Source of the DNA: Paragordius varius | Taxonomy: Eukaryota > Animalia > Nematomorpha | NCBI GenBank assembly: GCA_964247055.1 | Contig: OZ176050.1 | Location: forward strand, 6,510,001-6,574,000 | Length of the DNA stretch: 64,000 nucleotides | Reading direction: 5' to 3' | Shown here: piece by piece, positions 53,204 through 64,000 of the stretch | Position numbering within the stretch: the stretch's first letter is position 1 | Layout of the letters: each line of letters starts with the position of its first letter | Made by a program: the position numbers and the translations under genes | Notes under the pieces: generated by a model | Database searches by the model: none | Seen by the model: only the letters and a program-made list of their open reading frames with translations | What the model was told of the DNA's origin: nothing

Positions 53204-55870
53204 TTATGCATTTTATATTGACATTTATTTGATTGTACTATTTATATAACTCATTTTTAAAAGACTTTACACGGCAGGTACAATGTAAATAAATTGAAAT
53301 CCTTGGAAAATGATTTTTTATTATAATTATATCTTCTGTAAAGGCATGTGGGATACAGCATTTCTAATACCCTTCGTATTGCTAATAGAGTCTAAATACT
53401 AAATATATGGTTTCATCATAAAGGGTAGGATGAAGTAATATTTATATGGTAATCTGAGGCGATTTTCCACTAATGATTTTACAGATCATTAGAAACTGGC
53501 CTTTGCCGTTAGCGCAGGAGATGGCAGTAGGACGTTGTTGCCCGGATACATGGTTTTAATATTAAAAGTACTCATCCGTTGGAATTTCAATAATTTTTAT
53601 CAATAGATGACAATTATAGATACGTTTATGCTGAATTGAGTAAACGACCATAATTTTATATTATGCTAAATATTTTCAAAAATGTTCAATTACATAAGTT
53701 ATAGTTATAAAGGCTTTAGAGCATATGGCTCCTACAATATGCTGCTGATTTGCACATTTATCCATGTTGGGAAGCCAAGTGTTAAACTTTTAATATTAAA
53801 TTTATTATATTTGCAAAAACTCAGAAAATATACAGTAAATATCGCAAAACATTTTTTTAGACTTCTATAAAATCTATCATCAACATACGACATTTCAAGA
53901 GTCTACGCAAAAATGATCAGACTTATCATTTTTAATAAAAAATGTATTTATATAAAAAAAATTTTCCAAAAAACTTTAATTTTAAAATTTATACGGTGAT
54001 ATTATGAAATGAATATTGATTTACCACCATTTAATATATTGTGCATTTATAGTGTGAACCCCCCGGTTGTGGAAAAAAATAAGGTTATTATCTAAATCAT
54101 GACGCTATTTAAATTAAATACTACCTAATTTTTTTATTATATTCTACGGATATTTTAATTTTTGGGTCATAAGGGTTTCATAATCCCCATAAACTAAGTG
54201 TATAAACAGGTTTGTTCAACTTTCAACTATAATTTAAAAATTAAGGCCTTAATTAAAAATCAGAAAAGCGCATGATGACCGTTTATAACCGCTGTTTTCT
54301 TTTATGAGGGTCGGTTATTGCAAGGAATATTCTATTTCTTCTAATGAATAATTTTCAAGCTATAGCTAGTTTTTTTTGTTACATTTACGTAAAACAATTT
54401 TCAAATTGTATAATTACAATGCAATATGCAAAAAAATTTTAATTATATAATCCAAATGTAAGCACACGATTCTTGACATTGAAAAATGTTAACGCATCAT
54501 AATTAGAATAAACGATTGCTGGATCCGCGCACTTATGACAAACATTTCATGATATTCGCCTAAATTATATTTTCTGTTTTTTATTTCGCACTTACATATT
54601 TTATGGTATTTTCGTGTAAATGCGTTGAAGTTTTCTAAATAAATATGCCAAGTTCCAATACCAATAATTTTGTAAACAGTAAAAGATGCTGATATCCAGT
54701 AAGTTAACAGTATAATTATCCTATATCTAACTACACTGAAATTGTAACTTCATAAAATTAGTATTAGGTGGAGTGGAAACAAATAAACTGCTTAACTTTT
54801 ATTTAGAAAAATTTTTTATTATATATGATTATAAACTTTATTTTCCTAACTTAAGCAGGTTACTCATAAAATATCAATTAGTATGGTTTGTAAATTTCTT
54901 AAAGGATATTTAATTTTCATGTTTAATAACATTATTTATATGAGGTTTTGGTGACTACAAGTTAATCCCAAATGTTGTCATCATATATAGTTTCTGTATC
55001 TAACGATAAATGTACCTTTACATCTATTTCCCTAAAACTAAGTTACCCAGTTCTACATAAAAAATATAAACTCAATTGCCCATGTTATTAAATTTGGGTA
55101 GGAAAAATTTCTACATTCATCTGAATTTTAACGATTGGCAAAAGCAATGATTTTAGAAAAGTATAAAAATAAATTAAGTTGTCCCGGATCTAGATTTTAT
55201 TTTTTGACAAGGCTTCCAAAATCAGCAATAAAACTTTATAATGGCTATTCGTTAAAACACATTTTACCCCTTATATAATTTTATATTGGGGGGTTAAAAG
55301 ATTTAACCTTTAATGTTTTTGGTTGGTTTGAGTTTAAATATTTTTCCAAAATAATTTTGATTCCGATATGGAAACAATTTCGGTTCCTTAATTTACAGGA
55401 ATTTTGATAATTTAATACATATGAACGTATAGCCAAAAAAATCGAATGGGCAAAAAAATTTCATCGTGTGCCATTTTCGATAAAAATAACTAAAATATAG
55501 TTTTTATTAAATAACGTAAATATATACAGACTTTTTCAACCGCAAAACCAAAAATAGTAATGAAATCCCTAGAAACAAAGTTGACCTATGATAAAAATTC
55601 TAACGAAATATGATTTGGTTATGTAATTCTGATGCTGTATTTTATTCTTTTGTAGTAAAAATTAAAACATTTGACAACAACAATTGTTTGATTAACGGGA
55701 TTTTTGTGTTAACGACCATTATTAATGTAGGGTTAACGCAAGTCGCTTATGATTATACAGTCGCAGAAAAAAGATAATCGCCAATCGCAAAATTTTGGCG
55801 ATGGATATAGCCACACCCATCTATGCATCATGTTATTACTAAACTACTTCAGAGTTTTTAGTATAAAAAT

Positions 55871-57183
55871 TATATTTTTCATGCAATAACCAAATGCAAC
55901 ATTTTTTCAACAAACGCAACATTTTTTCAAGCAAACGCAACATTTTTTCAAGCAAAAGCAACATTATTTTAAGCAGAGACATTTTTCATCCAAACGCAAC
56001 ATTATTTCAACCAAAGACAACATTTTTTTCAAGCTAAAATAACAATTTTTTTAAAATTAAAAGTTTTTTATATGTATTTATTTAATTTTAAGTTAATATA
56101 ATAAAGTTTTAGCGATGAATAATGATTTTTATTGTTTTATATCAATATTTAATGGTAAATTGATTAGTTTTCATATATTTTAATTTTGCCATTAAATTGC
56201 ATTATTTATTTATGTTAATTATTTTTTTCTTCAACTTTAGTTACCCTTAATCAATCTATACAATTTGCGCTTCTGTATTAAAGTTATCCTTTACTTGAAG
56301 TTCCTTATATTTTTTGCAGTTTGCACACAACCGTTATTTTTGTATGTTATCTATTTTTAAAATTTAAACAAATATCTTTATTTATCAGTATTTTTTGAAT
56401 CAAAATTAATATTTTCATAACAACTTTATTTGTTTCGAACTAATCTTGAATTTAACAATATTATAAACTTAATGATGTTTTAAACTAAATATTACGTCAA
56501 TAAGCCACAAAACCTAGATATTTTTAATATTGTTAAATTTTTTATAAAAAATAATAAGGACATACGGTTCTTATTAAAGAAATAGTATTTAGAAAGTTAG
56601 GTTAAGGAAAAAATATAGATTTAAAATGGATGAATATTCTATTGCCTTATTAATAAAAGTTAAAATCAAAATTAAAATATTGAGGGTCAACTTGAAGTGT
56701 TCTAGGACCAACTTTAAATTTCAAGGACACTCGAAGTGCAAATGGTTATATTGATTAGGTGAAACTGTTGTAAAAGAAAAAAATAATATAAATAATGCAA
56801 TTTATGAACATAATTAAAATGTTTTAATATACTATTGATAAAACAATAAAAATCATAATTTTACGCTAGAATTAGATTACATTAACTTAAAATTTAATAT
56901 GTCATAAAATAAAAAAAATCCTTTTAATTGTAAAAAAAATTGTTGTTTTTGCTTGAAAAAATGTTGTCTTTGGTTGAAAAAATGTTGCGTTTGGATGGAA
57001 AAATGTTGTCTTTGGTTAAAAAATGTTGCGTTTGCTTGGAAAATGTTGGGTTAAAAAAAATGTTGACTTTGCTTGAAAAAATGTTGCGTTTGCTTGAAAA
57101 CCGTTGTCTTTGCTTGAAAAAATATTGCGTTTGGTCGAAAAACTGTTATTTGGTAAAAATAATGTTTTTGCATGAAAATGGTA
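55871..57183. mobile_element. Foldback/MITE family 2, about 1.3 kb, with long imperfect inverted arms and 21-bp tandem subrepeats
   Basis: AACATTTTTTCAAGCAAACGC-type repeats at 55890-56040 and their complement at 56930-57170. The arms extend to about 56235 and 56765; the right end is ATGAAAATGGTA|TA. Confidence 0.72.
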
Positions 57184-57754
57184 TATTAGATAAAAAACTT
57201 AACTATTGAGTTTTTTGGGGAATAAGAGTCATTTTTGTCTAGCAGTTAAAATATACATTACTGCTCTTCATTCTGATTTTATACGATTTTTTTAAACATG
57301 TTCATATAACTTAAAAATTTATTTATATTAATTTATTGTGTTTATATAGTTTGTGTGACGCTTGATCTGGTACTAATTTTATTAAAGTATGAGTAAAAAA
57401 TGGCAAATATATATTGGCAGATAATATTTACAGTAAAGAACATTCTTATTGGGTAAAAAGACTGTTTGATGCAAGTATTTTTTCTTGATTTATGGCTTAT
57501 TACTGTAATGCTATCTGGATATGCAACATAAGATCTTAAAAATATTAATTTCATATTTTTAAGGCGTTACTTACATCTAGAATATACACAGGAAACCGTA
57601 TAATGAACGTATTGAACGAATTGTATATGGAGAACAAAGACTTATGAATAAGCACTAAGCGGCAAAATATTTTCCTATTATTCTTAGTCAGAGTTATTCG
57701 TATTGAAAAATATATCAAAATGTATTTATACTTCAATTTTTGGTGTACATTAGA

Positions 57755-58545
57755 TTAAATTATATCATTTAATGATATTTCGTTATTATCAATATTGGAA
57801 CTTGATGATGAAAATGAATTATCAGACTCGTGTTCAGAATATTTTGGAGACAAAGAATTTATATTCATTTTATCCATATCATTTAAAAATAATTGATTTG
57901 TAGGCAAAATATGGTTATACGGTTCATTTTGATATAAATTTTTATTATCTAAATATAAATTTAGGTACCATAAAGTTTTTCAGGCATTTCCTTTGTATCT
58001 AAATAATGTAAAAAACTGTGGCGCATTTCAGCGTCCTGTGGAAATGGGCGATCTAAATCCCCAATTTGCCAACGGTTTGGGGCTGATATTGAATTAAAAG
58101 CACTTATGTAATGAGCATATTTTATATATGCTTGTGGTTCAAATTTTTTGGTTTCACACCTGTAATAAAATTATAATTTACCTTTCAATTAATTTTAATT
58201 TATTTTCGGCTTTATAAATATTTGATGAAAGAAGATCTTCGGATTTTTTAATAATATCAACATATTGAGTGACAAATTTATCCATTTCACTTTTTTCCTT
58301 CAATAATAATTGATATTTATCCTGTATAAATGATAGTTTATTACATATAATGCCAGATACTCGGATAAGTCGCTTTGTATGAAATTATTAATTTTGCTTT
58401 CTAGAGTAGTAATGTTTTTAATAAAGTGTAACAGCTCATCATTGGGTCCCTTCTCCAATAAGTCTGTTAAAAAATGCTGAAGATTGATTTCCAGATTTTT
58501 TAAATTGGAATGCAAAATATCTTTGATAGTTGACTTTTCCATCAT
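57755..58545 (-). CDS. MED4: Mediator subunit 4 (241 aa). Exons 58545-58345, 58321-58182, 58159-57969, 57948-57755
   Basis: IYKAENKLKLIE...YIKYAHYISAFNSISAPNRWQIGDLDRPFPQDAEMR matches the MED4 signature IKYAHRIS...W.PGD..RPYP.D.EMR; Ser-rich acidic C-tail. Confidence 0.9.
57949..58344 (-). other. Three micro-introns of MED4: 58322-58344 (23 nt), 58160-58181 (22 nt), 57949-57968 (20 nt)
   Basis: GTAATAAACTATCATTTATACAG, GTAAATTATAATTTTATTACAG and GTACCTAAATTTATATTTAG. Each removal restores a long open frame; retention shifts the frame or hits a stop. Confidence 0.87.
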
Positions 58546-58591
58546 ATGAAAGCACTTTTTTACAAAAGCCAGATCCTCCTTTCACGTTGAC
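58546..58591. promoter_or_regulatory. Putative bidirectional promoter/5' UTR spacer (46 nt) between MED4 and EF-1-beta
   Basis: Divergent ATGs at 58545 (-) and 58592 (+). Pyrimidine tracts CTTTTTTT and TCCTCCTTTC could be a 5' TOP start for EF-1-beta (inference). Confidence 0.6.
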
Positions 58592-60382
58592 ATGACCATT
58601 GATTTTACTAACTTGGATACGTTGAAAAGTTTGGATGCATATTTAGCCGATAAATCTTATATTGAAGGGTATATAGATTGTTTAAAATATAGATATAAAA
58701 TATCCCCTGCTGATGCCACAATATTAAAAAAAATAGAACATGCACAAAATAAAGATACAATGCCTCATTTACATAGGTGGCACAAGCATATCTCATATCT
58801 GATAAAAGAAAATCCAAATATACCGTCAAATTTGGATTTAGAAAAGTTTCAAACCATATTCGCTTCGAAACCTATTGCAAACGGTGAAGAAGATGACGAT
58901 CTTTTTGCCAGCGATGATGTTAGCATATAAATTTTTGTATTTCTGCATTATTTTCATTTAGGTTTTTGTTTTGTTTGCTTATTATTATTTTTTTAAATTG
59001 ACTTGAAGTATAAATGCCTATGTTTTTTATTTTTAACATTTTTAGGAAGAAGATGCTGAATACGAAAAAGTCAAACAGGAACGTTTAGCAATGTATGCCG
59101 CCAAAAAATCCAAAAGTTTAATTATATTTTATCTTATATACAGTTTATATTATTCAAAAAACAAAACAAGTTCTTATTCATCCATTAAATATATAATATA
59201 ATTATTTTATTGATTAAAATCAATTTATCATTTGCTCTCTGAGTAATTTAATTAATTAGCATTAATAAATTAATGCAGTTAAAATACTCAAATATTTGAA
59301 ATAGGAAACGATTCATCATATATTGCACTAAAAGGTGTTTTTATCATTAAAAGTTGGTATTATTAGCATTAATTTTGTGGTTGGTAATTATAAAATTTTA
59401 ACATTAATTTTATTTTTTAGAGGAGGCTATTATTGCCAAATCATCCATAGTGCTTGATGTTAAGCCTTGGGACACTGAAACCGACATGAAAAAAATGGAG
59501 GAATGTGTCAGATCTATTCACGCTGATGGTTTGGTTTGGGGAGCTGGTATGCTTCAATTGCTAATATTTTGATAGTATAATATAAGGTTTAAACATAAAA
59601 AGTATGAGACGACATTTTATTATGAAACAAAGCGTAGATATTCTTAATTTTTCATTAGAATTAACGGTTTTTTAAAACTAAAAAGAATGTATTGCCAATT
59701 TATATTAGCAAAAATCTAGATTTAATTTATATTGTTTTTTTTAAAAAAAAAACAATGTATTTTTGTCTAGTTTCGTTTTGTTATTACAAATTCTTTTAAA
59801 TCTATTTAAATCAAAAACATGAAGAGTAAAACTAAATTTGTCCCTCGTTTTTAATATAACCTATATGGCTCTACGGTTGTGAAATTTAAAATTGAGTATG
59901 TTATCAATTTACACTTATCCCTTATTTTAATTTCTAATGAATGTTCTAAAAAATTTTATGGAAAATTCTAAGTAAAAAACATTAACCTTTTACTCATTAT
60001 GTTTTATCTTTATTAATTAAATTTTTTCTCTATATTACAAATTTTAATTTATTGCAGCTAAGCTTGTACCATTAGCTTATGGGATCAAAAAATTACAAAT
60101 AAATTGCGTTGTGGAAGACGATAAAGTAATAAGCTATAACTAAACATATTCTATTTTTTTATATAATGATGAAAAGCACTGGGCACTGATTGCTTATATG
60201 ATTATAATTGTTCCAATTTCTGACTATTACATTTTTTATTCATTTATTTTTGATTTTTTTATATTATTTTGTTAATATTTTAATATGATGCATAGATTGG
60301 AACTGATTACCTGGAGGAGAAAATAACAGAATTCGAAGATCTTATTCAATCTGTGGATGTTGCAGCTTTTAACAAAATATAG
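58592..60382 (+). CDS. EEF1B2: Translation elongation factor 1-beta (217 aa). Exons 58592-58668, 58693-58918, 59046-59115, 59421-59546, 60058-60125, 60296-60382
   Basis: [54 protein letters not shown] and [11 protein letters not shown]. The first intron 58669-58692 is 24 nt. Confidence 0.96.
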
Positions 60383-60799
60383 GATAACTGATTGATTGGC
60401 CATATATATATATATATACATACTTAATGAGCTTTTTTATATACGATTTTGGTTTAATTATTAATTATATTATGGTAAAAATAATAAATATGATTTATTA
60501 AATATGCTGTATATATCGCTGAGTATTTTGTCGTTTATGTGAAAAATAATTAAAAGGAGTATAATTTAGTGGCTAAATCGATTGCTTCTGAAAACCCTTC
60601 GAATCGTTCTTCCCCATTTACATTTGGCGGTAACATTTGAGTATAGTATGCATTGGCACTGTTTTCATTCGGTTCCAAGTTCGTTTTCTATACATACATA
60701 AATAAATGGATTATTTATATATACCAATATTATTCGTGAAGAATAAGTATCGAAAATTCTAATTTTCATAGGGAACATATTTTCAGTACAATGCATAGG

Positions 60800-63700
60800 T
60801 AGATAGATGGCTGTTGTCAAGGTATCCCTTGGCATGTCACGGGGATTAGGCGTTTGATCATTGAATTAAAATTTTTGTTTAACCAATCCCCGGCTTTTAT
60901 GTTTTTGGCTTGTAGGTCTTGGGTAACGTTATTGTCCCATGTTATTGCTGGACGATCAACTGTGTTTTGTTTGTTTGGCTTATTTGTTATATTTTTGTCC
61001 AATTATTGTTATCTAATCTTTAAATGTGACCGTAGTGGCCGAGTATACAGATCTGGATATATTTTAAGATTGGTAGGATTTGTTTATCATGAGAGACTGT
61101 TCGCTCAAATATATTTATTATTCATTGTTCCATATTATCCAGCTTTTTTTCGTGTGTTTTACTTATTTGTCCATGTTTCGCAGGAATGTGTTATAATAGG
61201 CTAACGCCAATATCAGGTATATATAGTTTTTGAAGATATATGTCGATAAATATGTGCTTATATTGGTTGTATCTACCCCAACCAATTCTTATACGAAATT
61301 GATGGCTTCTAATGAACTTCTTTGAGCTAAAATAGTATCACCAAGGTAGGTAAACTTTTACTTTTTCGATGACACTGTCATCTATTCTAAGGGATTTAGC
61401 TTCTATGGGTGGAATATATTGTTTGGATAGAGTACATGGGGGGCATATGTAATTATTATTATTTTTTAAAGTTCCATTTAATCCTGAGCATGGTTTATGT
61501 AACCAATAATGACATTTGGTACATTGGAAAGAGTTGAGTCCCACATTTTTTAAGCATGCGCGGCATGGGTATTTGATTCTCTCAGTGTTTTTGTCACCTA
61601 TTATCATAACCTTAGTTTTATAAATGTTGATTGTGAGACCATGACGTTCGAGACAATCTTTTCAACGTTTGAACTTTTGACTGAGTTCGTTTAGATTTTC
61701 TGACGTTAACAATAGATCATCAGCGTAGAAGCTCCAAAGGAAGGCCCGTACGGATCTCATCACTGACGGTCTATTATTATTATCATGAAAGGGCGCTGAC
61801 AGAACCTTGGTGTAGTCCTGCTGTGATGTAAAATGGAGTTTTGGACCCAAAATGTGTGTTAACAAGTTTTACTGTTGTCATATAATAACTTAATTGCATC
61901 TATGATCCATTTGTATACTCCTTTTTTTAAAAAAAACCAGAAAATAAGCGTTTGAGGGATTTTATCGAACGCTTTCTCGACCTCAATAAATAGATGGTAT
62001 AGTTGGCGTCCTTTAGAAAGGTAGTTTGGAGGCGCTTTAATATAAATATGGGATCAGTTGTGCTGCAGCCTTGACGGAAGGCACACTGCATGTTATTAAT
62101 ATTAACTATATCTCTTATTTTCTGAGCTAAGATTGATTCACAAACTTTCATAGTATGTTCCAGAAGTTTAATTGGGCGATATTATGTAGTTTTTTCATTG
62201 GATTAGTAATACTGTTTTGCTAATAGGATGGAGTCTTATTATCAATTAATATTTTGTTGAAAAGGGTTGTTAAAATGGGGCTAGGTTTATATAATAAGTC
62301 AGCTGAGAGTTCGGACGGTCCTGCCGCTTTATTGTTTAACATTTTTTTAATGCGTTGCCTATGTCGAGATATCGTTGATTAGTGGTGTGGGGCCAATGTT
62401 AAAAAGCAATTTTGGCAGTTCGTCGACGTTTGTTTTAAAACTCCCTTCAAATATTCAAACCAAGTTCGTTTCACGTCGTCAGGTGTGGTCATAGTTTTAC
62501 AGTCTTTATCATTAATATATTTATTGGTTGGTATATCTTGCTTATTTTGTATTCTATTTTACTTTATAAATATTCTCAAATTAGATGTATCTTTAATTTC
62601 ATCAGCTATTTTGCTCCTCTTGTTCATTTGGACTAACATATTTTTCATATTCCAAATAAGGTAACTTATCTTTATCGAAACTGATTTTTTCCATTTTTAA
62701 ATTAATTCCAATTTTTTCTATGGAAATTTAATTTCATTAGGCCACCACCATTTCTTTTGTGGCCTACTGCCATATTTTTTTCTGCCGCAAACTTAAAATG
62801 CAGTCTGCCCCATTTTTTAAATGGGTCCATATTTTTTCAACACTCATATTTTCATCTATAGCTATATTGGCTGTCTCATTTTGAGAGAGGTTTACCTGAT
62901 TTGGAGAGAGAATTACTATTTATTTTTAAGACTTTATTTCATAATTACTATTTTTATGTAGTTCTGCTACTATCAAAGAACGTTGTGGTTCACATGCATA
63001 AGTCTTTTTTATATTCCTTATACACGGTGCTTTTGGTAGATTAGGACGTAATTAATCATTGATTCATTTTCATTGCTACGATAGGTGATTAACGCCTTAT
63101 TTTGTTTTGTAAAGAAAGTGTTAGCTACAACTAATTTTAAGAAATTGCGGAAATCAAGTATTGCCTCTCCTTCAGCATCTCTAACGCCAAAACCATAATT
63201 ACCATGAACATTCTCATAATCTTCGTTTTCTGCTCCAAGTCCATTTAAATCGCCACCAATTATAATATCATCTGTTGTCCTGTTGCATATATTGAATAAA
63301 TGCTCCAAAAAGCAGTTTTGTCAGATTGAGTTCTACCTTTCTGTGGAGCGTATGCTGATATTACGTTAAATATCTGTTTACTGATGGCTAGCCTAAGTTG
63401 TAATAATCTGTTTGAATGTCTGGTTATAGATACTATATTTTTTGCTAGTTCTACTTTCAAAGTGATAGCGACCCCTTGACTTGTTTATCCCCTTGATGAA
63501 ATAATATATACCTCTCAATGACTACGTTTCGTCCATATTTGATTCGTGTCTCTTGAAGGTAACAAATTTCTATGTTTTTGTTTGTGAGCTTGGGGATGAT
63601 AAATGGGGTTTTTCCTTTAAGAGATCCTATATTGTAAGTGGCAAACTTAAATTTTAACTGGATATTTTTATTTCTAATGTGTGATGGAAACGTATTCATG
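60800..63700 (-). mobile_element. RTE-like LINE copy 3, near full length, decayed; boundaries approximate
   Basis: FATYNIGSL, CYLQETR, VISAYAPQKG, IIGGDLNG, FRQGCSTTDPIF, FYADDL and an intact PHD-type finger CRAC...CTKCHYWLHKPC...CPPC. Confidence 0.87.
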
Positions 63701-64000
63701 GTGGTTTGTTTAAAGATGTATGTTCATAATAACACTTGGGTGCTAGTAATGCGCTGATTTTGTATAGTCATATTACCATTAATATTAAAGTTAATAAAAT
63801 AAAATGGATAAATTATGTATATAAATATATAATTTTTTCAACGTTTGTAAATATAGTAATAAAATAGAGAAAATGTTAAAAAATTTGTTGTAGTATAGAT
63901 AAAGATTTGGTTGCATGCATCATATATTATTATTAAGCAAATGTTTTAATATATCAACCTCTAGTTCCGAGGAGGAAATAAAGATATTCGGCGTTTACAA

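Noticed and set aside
57342-57736. Two adjacent minus-strand ORFs just downstream of MED4, with a GTAAGT donor
   Set aside because: Splice phases do not join them, there is no recognisable homology, and plus-strand alternatives are equally unconvincing.

Overview
AT-rich, intron-containing animal-type genomic DNA using the standard code. All gene models were spliced by hand. Six host genes are present: the 3' end of guanylate kinase (+), an SLC37/GlpT-like MFS transporter (-), SMC3 (+, 27 exons, 1233 aa), an NSD-family H3K36 methyltransferase (+), MED4 (-) and EF-1-beta (+). A 16-kb island of nested transposons lies between SMC3 and NSD: a young Ty3/gypsy element inside an RTE-like LINE, a decayed hAT carrying a 2.2-kb foldback, and a nest of TTAA-target MITEs. 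More LINEs, MITEs, a SINE-like element and a satellite sit in introns. The most striking pattern concerns introns. Eleven GT-AG introns of only 20-26 nt occur in five genes, all within about 600 nt of the start codon. Every resolved downstream intron is 66 nt to 3.5 kb, with nothing between 26 and 66 nt. Two gene pairs are head-to-head with only 60 and 46 nt between their ATGs. Other highlights are a TSD-confirmed 5'-inverted (twin-priming-like) RTE insertion, a degenerate HDV-like ribozyme core upstream of a LINE ORF, and identical LTRs ending TG...AA. The organism cannot be identified here. A reduced or parasitic metazoan such as a myxozoan cnidarian or a mesozoan is a guess only.
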